The notes under the pieces were generated by a model. It saw only the letters and a list, made by a program, of their open reading frames with translations, had not been told where the DNA came from and did not search any database. Below are positions 49,201 through 57,171 of a stretch of DNA of 64,000 nucleotides, one piece after another (positions within the stretch are counted from its first letter, which is position 1; every line of letters begins with the position of its first letter). Source of the DNA: Clostridia bacterium (GTDB lineage Bacteria; Bacillota; Clostridia; UMGS1883). The DNA lies in NCBI GenBank assembly GCA_017411435.1, contig JAFQQD010000014.1, positions 20,783-84,782 on the forward strand, written 5' to 3'. The position numbers were made by a program, and so were the translations under genes.

Positions 49201-50797
49201 AGGAAAAGACGGTGGTAATATAGTAATCCAGGAAGAAGGAATATGGAATATTAAGAAAATTATCATCACCATGGAATCTGGCGTTGAGTATATTGTTGTT
49301 GACGAGGCACCTGATTTCTATAACAAACTTGAAGTTTATGTGGATCAGGAACCTTCTGGTACTACAATTGCTAAAATAGATAGAACTGCGCCAAAGGTTG
49401 AACCCGGTGCATTCAAACTGGTAGATACTGAAGAGAAAGCATTAACCCTGTTCGGCATGGAAGATGTTAAGAGCGATAAACAGCTTAAACTAGAAATTGA
49501 CAAAAACAAAATCTCAGACAATTGCACAACAGAAAAAAGTTCTCTTGGATATTACTATGCAGTTGTTCCGAATGGAGCTGCAGGATATAACTGGAAGTCT
49601 GCTGAAAATGGCGATGTTATTATAACAGAAGCATTTGAAGGAACAGTTCTTTTCAAGGTTGTTGACTTAGCAAATAATGAGACCATTGTTTCTCAGACAG
49701 TAATTACAGAAGGAAACAAACCTGAAGTTTCATTAACATATTCCATGGGATGGTCAACAGAAGCCGTAGCTATTACAGTAGATGTTTTTGACAGCGGTGT
49801 AACTTCTGGAATCAGCGACATCCATTATGTATTAAAGGACAAAAACGGAAATATACTTCCCGGTTATGATGGATATGTTATTGCAAGTGAGGGCGTCAAT
49901 AATTGGGCAAAACTCAATACAAGAGGCGGACAGATACTTATTAATGAAGAGGGTGAATACCAGTTAGAGGTAACAGCTATAGATAATCTTGGTAATGAAA
50001 GCACCATGCAGACAGTAGATATCAAAATAGACAAAACCGCTCCTTCATACTCAGGTTCTGTCACACTCAGCTTGTTCAACATCCACACAATCAATAACTG
50101 GGACGATATTCATGACGGTTGGACATACAACCATCCTGTAAGCATTTCGGGTATTAATGACAGTATTTCCGGAATTAAGGATATCAAAATCAAGGTAACA
50201 ACTGAAAGCGGTGTTACTAACGAAACAACACTTAATGCAAGTCAGACCGGCACATCATTCTCTACAGACGGTAAGTATGATTTGACAATTACTGATAACG
50301 CAGGAAATGTAAGAAATATCAGTTTTGTAATCGACAAAGATTTAGAAAATGTAATCAATGTTGTAGGTGTAGATGAATTTGGTAAGGTAAATGTTGCTGT
50401 AACAGACGGTGATGATATGCTTACATTCTACAGCATGGAAGATGAAAGCGATGCAGTAGAAACTAAGATGCATAAAACCGGTGTTACAGATCAGCTTTGG
50501 GATGGCAGAACCGGTGTTAGATACATCTACGGTAGGGATGATGCAGGCAAGACAACTAATAAATTGCATGTGATTGTTGCACCAAGTAACAACTATGAAA
50601 TCACACTTTCAAGCTTGATGGAAACAGAGAGCGCTGCGACACCTAACAGATACTTAAACATTGATGCTGACGGTGAAAGTGTAACAATAAAGAAGACCGC
50701 AGAACTTTTCAATACTAATATCAATAAAAATATTTTTGCCGGATCAATCGTTGAAATCAACGAAGATGGCGTATACTCAATTACAACCAACGACTAA
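43235..50797 (+). CDS. Giant (~2,520 aa) secreted Ig-like repeat surface protein/adhesin
   Basis: RBS gaaagga, Sec signal peptide, many 'D.AGN...ID(K/R)..P' beta-sandwich repeats; no SLH, LPXTG or TM anchor at the C-terminus. Confidence 0.85.
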   Translation: MKSKKIIAWILFMAMLVTMIPSSLVFAATDGAAVLSTASMTRDAIEAVTGKGFKVENGTDFPLLNNKNAGMFDSSVTDITYFRRTQDIIIKAESADGQFYDADGNVPEGTLKIAYKDVSGNLLKLDETNGFELRELKAGEDAWIEIHPNPSICDAQVTIYNLGKFWTEAEPEDKFKLTASEIATADHIITAHLFNAIGDQFAGYISIKAVDSNGKVHETDYPVVADGQYPSSNISTVTTRHNYGEYNVGTLPTVEDTFIASTDFEEAFDYEKYSDDAGNTMHPYVSLRHPEVNKADLKKALQHADETVWTMNDVTIESITVLDEEVTSGIADVKYYIDNIQDVDKIDVEVAHTSTSVNITDDLAYDASLKQWNYTTPITISDEGMTILTLVIEDNAGLVKTNRYYFFIDKEAPVAKFNLVELNKNVKSDVSLFTVADVVTNRQQAINMEASTDNKVAGVTFVSELRAKDDAGDKVIITNDKKYQYRLLATKVGEVAKDTDGDGDNDVPADYTDVVVDKKGNDLSGWKVWTGETETPVIDKEFDGIVQVRVQDRAGNWSSIVSTTSDGKETIITDNTNPVIDVKEYALNSNADTSGNTADEIINGTATDILVHSGETEETKGEIENEVIHTTTGDEAPWINDSAVLEVKITDEDLVNAIRSSGLNKGQINVKAEFNAENENKKIKIWNKNGVDKKNIDDSFNLTEDYIFGTETDKDLTFYVEYEGTGVVDITVSVKDQADVNDADVFSSIYKTQLRVDKINPYIIYKGYDITDDAEKDLLKANNEKVDYEVRNMPWGPNSQVLEVVVKDDDITPVQSKTKNIKFNADKALDLYKFNGDKFTKVKTCGAGSNNIVLLGNCEELPNEKYEANVGYKFYLVYEGTGVAKVEFFADDSAKEPNVRDYPSIATAADAEPVLYDAMLRVDKINPEIKNVTLVQTSDDVNDSISLFTINKTDDVEVNTRKKMKVIFEIVDNNSANDVLDGANSEQSGVNIQDEYLDTDLIDVCGKYVVNDKEHLYENVDDPTYVTNGANDIAADPHIDFILIPAEIGVVDSKVGGKFLVELPVKTDNDSIKKWVDDSIAKWEEEKISVTWQNASWEDGGIVIPNEFQGAIVLRTIDRVGNIDYSKPITFVAESREAIIEFNPQAGFIYSQNNYGWSKRNNDYVEIRVKDNNETAVADAWIENVFIKVTDFEGNEMDAEFAYTLDGTTAVNVSKYNYKALADSGKYHVDYGYDVIDGKGLVETTIRDEEGYIHLGYVKVSESAKIEVTIFDKAKANDVEYTGNKTTATWITRFDRTAPIIGEFSLEKLDSDGYSLVLQADDAESGMAPAITDSEYNNYKAENIPNNIFGTETSYLYNVKNDVDEEVVRFNSGVFNQGQYELPGLQYALLEEGDTLEDIEPWEFEKDPNGQIDKVDAFDDNGYHRGKFGKTLVWHNYKDAMTKVVDGDFNGYIVVRAIDRAGNITVMGYAPTLDVTADDAWKNETQYINVKALDISGDTVNKVEYYGNNGLLYPEGAKRDITTEALSGEGAFVEVVEEGITKVIVRASKSYADEKAITLGESGLRNDIWEGNLILGNPTATGYEDWKYQITDVKIDKTAPTFNFELKGDTATEKDKKLTETDVAVGPITINIVDANDPTPNKDDDTMSHIASGIKTVDGMEIIEWCAIPEGSEEEIWKNYNEDGGEVDFANFTGTIKIRVTDNAGNVTEKSQRIKIDSALPIISILKSHNEKCSHEPVDVFVTVSESVEFSDVKKVEYTITHPVCVKEECTTEDCPLEDHRKETGSLPLTGGTISVDREGITTIKVTAYNKANVPSEPAETNVIIHYEDLAVPSLTTVEDKTIKSGDWIFDNTTTAITGVVNVKYPISDTLSDVDNSRMVYYSLNGSTWEKVVDNRITGLTAGANTIRLQARCENCICESDVVTYVVNYHNPEEMPNISVTYDDNESSNWQKEAAVVSIAANRGESPAEIQSISYELGSGSATLPKYYLGKDGGNIVIQEEGIWNIKKIIITMESGVEYIVVDEAPDFYNKLEVYVDQEPSGTTIAKIDRTAPKVEPGAFKLVDTEEKALTLFGMEDVKSDKQLKLEIDKNKISDNCTTEKSSLGYYYAVVPNGAAGYNWKSAENGDVIITEAFEGTVLFKVVDLANNETIVSQTVITEGNKPEVSLTYSMGWSTEAVAITVDVFDSGVTSGISDIHYVLKDKNGNILPGYDGYVIASEGVNNWAKLNTRGGQILINEEGEYQLEVTAIDNLGNESTMQTVDIKIDKTAPSYSGSVTLSLFNIHTINNWDDIHDGWTYNHPVSISGINDSISGIKDIKIKVTTESGVTNETTLNASQTGTSFSTDGKYDLTITDNAGNVRNISFVIDKDLENVINVVGVDEFGKVNVAVTDGDDMLTFYSMEDESDAVETKMHKTGVTDQLWDGRTGVRYIYGRDDAGKTTNKLHVIVAPSNNYEITLSSLMETESAATPNRYLNIDADGESVTIKKTAELFNTNINKNIFAGSIVEINEDGVYSITTND

Positions 50798-50812
50798 TAA
50801 AAAACACTTACA

Positions 50813-50838
50813 CTGTGGGCGACTGTTGTCGCCCACAG
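50813..50838 (+). other. Intergenic hairpin without T-tract (possible mRNA stabiliser or attenuator)
   Basis: ctgtgggcgac-tgtt-gtcgcccacag. Confidence 0.5.
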
Positions 50839-50866
50839 CAGAAGTGTTTAGGAAAGGACAGATACT

Positions 50867-52279
50867 ATGAAAAAAATTATTTCCTGCATTCTTGCAGTTA
50901 CAATGCTATGTTGCAGTGCTGTCGCTTTTGCTGACGAAAAAGAGGTTGTAATTGATACTGAAGTACCTGTATTTGATGACCTTTCAGATAATACAAGTTA
51001 TAAAAACAGCAAAGATGTATATATCGCTGATTTGAGCCCAGTTCACTATATTGTGTTAAGAAAAGACAACAGTAAAAGTACGACATTTCAATTTACCAAT
51101 TCACAAGACGAGCTAATAACAAAAACCTTTAATGGGTATAGCGAAATTGGTAAAGACCACAATATTTCTTGTGCAGATGAGTTTATAAAGATCTATTCAG
51201 CCACAAGTGCTGGTTCGTATATGGTCTATGCAACTGATATATACGGGCATGACATTGCTGTCAGATTCACTATCAAATCCAGTTCTGATGGAGATTCTGG
51301 CGGCGGCGGAGGCAGCGGAGGTGGAGACAACACTCCCATTAAAATCAGACAGCCGTACGCCAACGGAGAACCTGAGAATACAAGAGGAAATCTTATAGCA
51401 GGTGAAAAAATAAAATTAAGCTCCGATACGGGAAATGTTAAAATATATTACACAACCGATGGAACGACACCAACAAGTAAAAGCAACCTTTATAATAGTG
51501 AAAAAGGAATTATCCTGACAGAAGGCCAAATATTAAAAGCAATTGCTATCAAAAAAGAAATGTCAAGCGATATTTCCGAATGGAAATGTATTGTTGCTCC
51601 AACAGAAAAACCGCAGATAGGTGATTCTGTTGTTAAAGGTGCATTGGAAACAGAAGACCATATTGTGTATATGACCGGTTATCCGGATGAAACATTTGGT
51701 CCAAATAAAAATATGACTCGTGCAGAAGTAGCAACAATGTTTGCGCGGCTTATGAAAGAAAAAATGGATGCCGATGCCGTATATGAATCTTCATTTGCGG
51801 ATGTTACTCCTGATGCATGGTATTATAACTATGTTGGTTATATGGAAAAATTCGGAATTATTACCGGTTATGAAGATGGAACATTCCGACCTCAAAACAC
51901 TATAACAAGAGCTGAATTTGTAACAATGGCAAGTCGTTTTGCAACTATAAGCCAAGAATATGAGTGCGACTTTACAGATGTTACAACCAAGCACTGGGCA
52001 TATGAATATATTGCATTTGCTGCAGAAAATGGATGGGTTGGAGGCTACGAAGACAATACTTTCAGAGCTGATAATACTATCACAAGAGCAGAAGTTGTAA
52101 CAATTGTAAATAATATGCTTGTCAGAAGTGCTGACGAATCTTATGTAAACCCAAACAAAGCATCACTTACATTGTTTGCTGATGTAGACGCGACACATTG
52201 GGCTTATTATGACATCATTGAGGCAACAAACGAGCATACTTATTCTGTAAGTGGTAACAAAGAAAAATGGAATGAGTAA
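50867..52279 (+). CDS. Secreted protein with Ig-like domain, Fn3-associated/CHB_HEX_C domain and 3 C-terminal SLH domains
   Basis: Signal peptide, G-rich linker, IYYTTDGTTP, GY.D.TF.P...ITRAE repeats. Confidence 0.9.
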   Translation: MKKIISCILAVTMLCCSAVAFADEKEVVIDTEVPVFDDLSDNTSYKNSKDVYIADLSPVHYIVLRKDNSKSTTFQFTNSQDELITKTFNGYSEIGKDHNISCADEFIKIYSATSAGSYMVYATDIYGHDIAVRFTIKSSSDGDSGGGGGSGGGDNTPIKIRQPYANGEPENTRGNLIAGEKIKLSSDTGNVKIYYTTDGTTPTSKSNLYNSEKGIILTEGQILKAIAIKKEMSSDISEWKCIVAPTEKPQIGDSVVKGALETEDHIVYMTGYPDETFGPNKNMTRAEVATMFARLMKEKMDADAVYESSFADVTPDAWYYNYVGYMEKFGIITGYEDGTFRPQNTITRAEFVTMASRFATISQEYECDFTDVTTKHWAYEYIAFAAENGWVGGYEDNTFRADNTITRAEVVTIVNNMLVRSADESYVNPNKASLTLFADVDATHWAYYDIIEATNEHTYSVSGNKEKWNE

Positions 52280-52291
52280 GGTGATTTTTGT

Positions 52292-52936
52292 TTGAAAAAA
52301 AGTTATTTTAAGTTAATAACTGTCTTGATATGCTTGTTAGTTGTGACAAACGGCACTCTAACAAAGGCGAAAGGATGGCCTTTGTACACAGATGTTGATG
52401 GGGATTTCTGGGCGTATGACGCAATTAAATACTCTACTGACAGACAATGGTTTAGTGGGTATTCCGACGGAAATTTTTTGCCAGACAAACTTATTACACG
52501 CGCAGAAGCGGCGAAAGTTTTAGCTGTGTATGAATATAGAAATCGTGAGTATCCGTCTATAAGCAGTTTTACAGATGTTAGTATAGATATGTGGTATGCA
52601 CCATATATCGAGGCTACAGATGATTTGTTTCCAAATGTGTCTCCCGGCTGCGCATTTAGGCCGAATGATTTCATGACAAGAGAGGATACGGTATATGCCA
52701 TTGTAAATGCAGCCAGACTTAACAATAAGGTTAAGTATGTTGATGTTTCCGTGGTAGATAGTTTTTGCGATAGTAGTACGGTAGAGCAGTTGTTGAAACC
52801 TTATATTGCTATAGGTATACAGACATCTTTAATATCAGGATACAGTGATGGGACATTTTGCCCCAAAAAACCTCTTACGCGTGCTGAATTTGCAACTCTT
52901 TTGTATAGAGCTGCGAATATCAGCAAGCTAGACTAA
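52292..52936 (+). CDS. SLH-domain-only protein
   Basis: TTG start after aaggtga; three SLH repeats (ITRAE, MTRED, LTRAE). Confidence 0.85.
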   Translation: MKKSYFKLITVLICLLVVTNGTLTKAKGWPLYTDVDGDFWAYDAIKYSTDRQWFSGYSDGNFLPDKLITRAEAAKVLAVYEYRNREYPSISSFTDVSIDMWYAPYIEATDDLFPNVSPGCAFRPNDFMTREDTVYAIVNAARLNNKVKYVDVSVVDSFCDSSTVEQLLKPYIAIGIQTSLISGYSDGTFCPKKPLTRAEFATLLYRAANISKLD

Positions 52937-52978
52937 GATTGTGACCATGTATGAATTAATTAGGAAAGGAAGATTTAC

Positions 52979-54928
52979 ATGAAAAAGTTATTTTGCTTAA
53001 TTACTGCAGTAATATTGGCAGTTTCTATGTCAGTAACATCACTTGCAGCACCGACTTATGGTTCTGAATGGGATGGCTACTATCAAGTTGCTCCAACAAG
53101 ATTTTCAGATGTACCTTCGACACATTGGGCGTACAACGCCATTATGCAGGTATATCAGAAGAACTGGTTTAGCGGATATCCTGACGGTTCCTTCAGACCT
53201 AATGCTTCTATCACAAGAGCAGAAGCACTTAAAGTTTTCGTTGTATTTTTAGGCCTCGATTATCAGAGTGTTGATTTATCAAATCTTTCATATTCTGATA
53301 TATCTGCCAGCGACTGGTATGCAGCATATGTTGAAGCAGGAAAGGATCTTTTCCCTGTGCATACAACAATTCAGGGAAAAACACCCTTCAATCCCAATAT
53401 GCCTGTAACAAGAGAAGATACAATCTACGCACTTGTAAAGGCTCTTGGTTGCGATGTTGATGTGAAATATCCTGACCAGTCTGTGCTTAATATGTTTAGC
53501 GACAAATCAAGTATTTCCGGTTCAATTAAAGACGAATTTGCAATTGCTCTTACCGAAGGCTTGGTATCAGGTTTCCCGGATGGAACAATCCGCGCACAGG
53601 CAGCTCTTACAAGAGCGGAATTTGCAACACTTCTTCTTCGTGGTACAGAACACGGATTCCATGATAGATATCAGGCTAAAATTTCTACTGTAACCGTTAC
53701 ACCTGCAAACAACACTGAAATGACAGTAGGTGAAACAATTACATTATCAGCAAGAGCAACATATACTGACGGAACAAATCAACCATATACTTCCTTGTCA
53801 CCATATGATGCTAGCGGAAATGGCGTTGTATCTGTAAATGGAACAAAAATTACAGCCCTCAAAGAAGGTAAAGCTGAAATTAAGTATAATGATTCTTACC
53901 TCAAGAACGAAACTTTGACAATTATCGTTAAGAATCCTACAGACGCTCCTGTAGTTAAGGTTACAGGCTATGATGAAATCACAGAAGAAGAAAGCATGAC
54001 TGTTAGCGGAACTGTTACAGATAAGAACGGCAGCGTTGATTTAACATGTAACGGTAAGGATGTTTCTGTGAATTCTGATGGCAGCTTCAAAACAACAGTT
54101 GCACTTAAGGTTGGCAGAAATGAAATCAAGTTTGTTGCTACAAACATTTACGGACTTGAGACAGAAAAGACTATTGTTATAGAAAGAGAAAAAGCCGAAG
54201 AAGAAAAGCCTGTTGTTCCCACTGATGATGGGAAGAAGGAAGAAGACGATAAAAAAACTCCCTCATCTTCCACAACTGTAAGTGGTGAAGACGGAACTCC
54301 TTATTTAACATTTGATAAGGAAACAGGAACAATTACAAAATGTGGAACAAGTGCTGCTGATATCGAAATCCCTGAAAAAATCGAAGGTGTAAATGTATAT
54401 AACATCGGTGAAGGAGCTTTTGCAGATTGCACATATCTTGAGAGCATTGAATTCCCTTCAACCTTAAAAAGCATAAAAGCAGATGCATTTAGTGGTTGTA
54501 TCCGTCTTGTTGAAGTTGAAATCCCCGAAGGTGTTACATCAATTGGTGCAGGCGCATTTTACGGTTGTGTATCTTTAACAGATGTAATCATTCCCGAAGG
54601 CGTTAAGAAAATTGCTGATGAAACATTTTTTGGTTGCAAGAGACTGGTAAATATTTCACTTCCCGAAGGACTTAGAACAATCAGCGCAAGCGCATTTGAT
54701 GGTTGCAAGAGCTTAACAGAAATCGAACTTCCCGAATCCACAACTAAAATTGAAAATGGAGCATTTACTGATTGTGGTAGTCTTAAAAAGATTGTAATTC
54801 CTGACAGTGTAACATCAATTGCTGATGATGCATTTAATGGTTGTAATGCAATTACAATATATGCTTCTGTCAATTCATATGCAATAGAATATGCAAAAGA
54901 AAAAGGTATCGCTTGGGAAATCATCTAA
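52979..54928 (+). CDS. SLH x3 + Ig-like + BspA-type leucine-rich repeat protein
   Basis: SLH motifs; C-terminal 'I...AF..C..L..I.IP' TpLRR repeats. Confidence 0.92.
   Translation: MKKLFCLITAVILAVSMSVTSLAAPTYGSEWDGYYQVAPTRFSDVPSTHWAYNAIMQVYQKNWFSGYPDGSFRPNASITRAEALKVFVVFLGLDYQSVDLSNLSYSDISASDWYAAYVEAGKDLFPVHTTIQGKTPFNPNMPVTREDTIYALVKALGCDVDVKYPDQSVLNMFSDKSSISGSIKDEFAIALTEGLVSGFPDGTIRAQAALTRAEFATLLLRGTEHGFHDRYQAKISTVTVTPANNTEMTVGETITLSARATYTDGTNQPYTSLSPYDASGNGVVSVNGTKITALKEGKAEIKYNDSYLKNETLTIIVKNPTDAPVVKVTGYDEITEEESMTVSGTVTDKNGSVDLTCNGKDVSVNSDGSFKTTVALKVGRNEIKFVATNIYGLETEKTIVIEREKAEEEKPVVPTDDGKKEEDDKKTPSSSTTVSGEDGTPYLTFDKETGTITKCGTSAADIEIPEKIEGVNVYNIGEGAFADCTYLESIEFPSTLKSIKADAFSGCIRLVEVEIPEGVTSIGAGAFYGCVSLTDVIIPEGVKKIADETFFGCKRLVNISLPEGLRTISASAFDGCKSLTEIELPESTTKIENGAFTDCGSLKKIVIPDSVTSIADDAFNGCNAITIYASVNSYAIEYAKEKGIAWEII
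53159..53950 (+). repeat. ~790-bp paralogous block (copy 1), collinear with 55183-55974
   Basis: Long identical DNA stretches at constant offset 2024. Confidence 0.85.
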
Positions 54929-54945
54929 AATATATAAATGATATG

Positions 54946-54973
54946 AAAAGGCGGCATACTCTGCCGCCTTTTC
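54946..54973 (+). terminator. Hairpin/terminator between the LRR and VWA genes
   Basis: gaaaaggcggca-tactc-tgccgccttttc. Confidence 0.65.
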
Positions 54974-54996
54974 AAAAGTAGAAAGGAGTGCTGAAT

Positions 54997-57114
54997 ATGA
55001 AATGTAAAGCAAAGAAAATTATAACCCTATTGCTTACTGTAACAATGCTTTTATCAACAGTAAATGTATTTGCATTGGAATATGGTGCAGAATGGGGCGG
55101 GTATGTTGATGTAGACACACAAAAGTATTCAGATGTACCGCGTTCCCATTGGGCGCATGATGCTATTGTAAGAGCAAGTGAAAAGAACTGGTTTAGCGGA
55201 TATCCTGACGGTTCCTTCAGACCTAATGCCTCTATCACAAGGGCTGAAGCACTTAAAGTTTTCGTTGTATTCTTAGGCCTCGATTATCAGAGTGTTGACC
55301 TGTCAGATCTTTCATACAGTGATATATCTACCAGTGACTGGTACGCACCCTATGTTGAAGCAGGAAAGGACCTTTTCCCTTCACATACAACAATCCAGGG
55401 CAAAACCCCCTTCAATCCTAATATGCCTGTGACAAGAGAAGATACAATCTACGCGCTTGTAAAGGCTCTTGGTTGCGATGTTGATGTAAAATATACTGAC
55501 CAGTCTGTACTTAATATGTTCAGTGATGCCAACAGTATTTCAGGCAACATTAAATCAATATTCTCAATTGCATTGATGCATGAACTTGTATCCGGTTTCC
55601 CGGATGGAACAATCCGTGCACAGGCGGCTCTTACAAGAGCGGAATTTGCAACACTTCTTCTTCGTGGTACAGAACATGGATTCCACGACAAATATGAAGC
55701 TAAAATATCAAAAGTAACTGTTTTTCCCGCATCACCGGTAGAAATTGAAATTGGTGAAAGTGTTACACTCTCGGCAAATGCAACATATACGGATGGAACA
55801 GTTAAACCATATACAAGTCTTCAGCCTTATGATGCTGAAAACAACAGTGTTATATCTTTAGAAGGAACAACAATCACTGGACTTAAAGAAGGAACAACAA
55901 CAATTAAGTACAATGATTCATACCTTAAAAAAGACAGTTTGACAGTCATCGTTAAGAAACCTACAGATGCTCCTAAAATAAAGGTTACAGATTATCCCGA
56001 CACAACTGATGAAAGCAGAGTAACAATTTCCGGTGCTGTTATAGATAAAAATGTTGCAACTGTTGACTTTACATGCAATAGTAAAGATATTTTGTTAAAT
56101 GCTGACGGAAGCTTTAGCACAATCGTATCACTGAAGCCAGGTGTAAACACTATTAAATTTACAGCAGTCAATGAATATAATATGTCTGCTGAAAAAACAA
56201 TAGAAATTACAAGAACAAGTGCACCGAGTATTTTCATCACAAAATACAAAGAACGCACTACTGCTTCAAAAACAACTGTTGAAGGTATAATTACAGACGG
56301 TGATCTTTCTACAGTAAAACTTTCATGCAACGGTGCAGATATAAGTATGAATGCAGATGGTAGCTTTGCTACAGAAGTTAACCTGAAAATGGGCAAAAAT
56401 CCTTTTACATTTGCTGCAACAAATCAATATGGAAAAACAGCACAGCAGGCGATAGAAATTACACGATATGAAATTGAAGATTCAGGGAAAATTGAGGATA
56501 AACCTGATGTAGAAAAAACTGAAGGTAAGGTTGAACTTGTTTTTGTAATTGATGCAACAGGTTCTATGTGGGATGAAATCGGAAATGTTAAAACAAATAT
56601 CAGCGAATTTGCAAAATATTTGGAAGAAGAAGGCGTAGACCTCAAAATGAGCGTAGTTGAATACAGGGATATTACCTGTGGTGAGCCAACTAAAGTTCAT
56701 AAATACTCCGGTAGTACATGGCACACAGATTCAGAAAGCTTGATATCCACATTAGCGTCTATTGGTGCTTCAGGCGGTGGAGATAATCCCGAAAGCGTTC
56801 TTGATGGATTTGGTCATGTTTTAGATAACAGACATATGGATTGGTCAGATGATGCATTTAAGTTTGCTGTTCTTCTTACAGATGCAGACTATAAGACAGA
56901 AAATACATACAGCTATAGCAGCTTAGAAGAAATTGCAAATGAACTTGCAGCGGTAAGAATGACTACTTCTGTAATCACATCAACATCCCTTTTTGACACC
57001 TACAATGTTTTGAATAGTAAAACAGGTGGTTTGCAAATTGATATAACATCAGACTTTGATAAGGCTTTATCAGACTTGGCTGATAAAATTACTGGTAGAT
57101 CTTTGAGAGACTAA
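54997..57114 (+). CDS. SLH x3 + Ig-like repeats + von Willebrand A domain protein
   Basis: SLH block as in 52979; MIDAS FVIDATGSM, GGGD.PE, LLTDA. Confidence 0.92.
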   Translation: MKCKAKKIITLLLTVTMLLSTVNVFALEYGAEWGGYVDVDTQKYSDVPRSHWAHDAIVRASEKNWFSGYPDGSFRPNASITRAEALKVFVVFLGLDYQSVDLSDLSYSDISTSDWYAPYVEAGKDLFPSHTTIQGKTPFNPNMPVTREDTIYALVKALGCDVDVKYTDQSVLNMFSDANSISGNIKSIFSIALMHELVSGFPDGTIRAQAALTRAEFATLLLRGTEHGFHDKYEAKISKVTVFPASPVEIEIGESVTLSANATYTDGTVKPYTSLQPYDAENNSVISLEGTTITGLKEGTTTIKYNDSYLKKDSLTVIVKKPTDAPKIKVTDYPDTTDESRVTISGAVIDKNVATVDFTCNSKDILLNADGSFSTIVSLKPGVNTIKFTAVNEYNMSAEKTIEITRTSAPSIFITKYKERTTASKTTVEGIITDGDLSTVKLSCNGADISMNADGSFATEVNLKMGKNPFTFAATNQYGKTAQQAIEITRYEIEDSGKIEDKPDVEKTEGKVELVFVIDATGSMWDEIGNVKTNISEFAKYLEEEGVDLKMSVVEYRDITCGEPTKVHKYSGSTWHTDSESLISTLASIGASGGGDNPESVLDGFGHVLDNRHMDWSDDAFKFAVLLTDADYKTENTYSYSSLEEIANELAAVRMTTSVITSTSLFDTYNVLNSKTGGLQIDITSDFDKALSDLADKITGRSLRD

Positions 57115-57171
57115 AATCACTGTGGTTGCTTCATTCATTTGGAGCAACCACACTTTATCATGAGGTACATA

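Noticed and set aside
50797-50867. Frameshift or pseudogene splitting one long gene
   Set aside because: The downstream ORF has its own RBS and signal peptide, and a hairpin separates the genes, so they look like two real genes.
53159-55974. Diversity-generating retroelement TR/VR pair
   Set aside because: No reverse transcriptase in the window; the differences are not adenine-specific, and both copies lie in N-terminal SLH coding regions.
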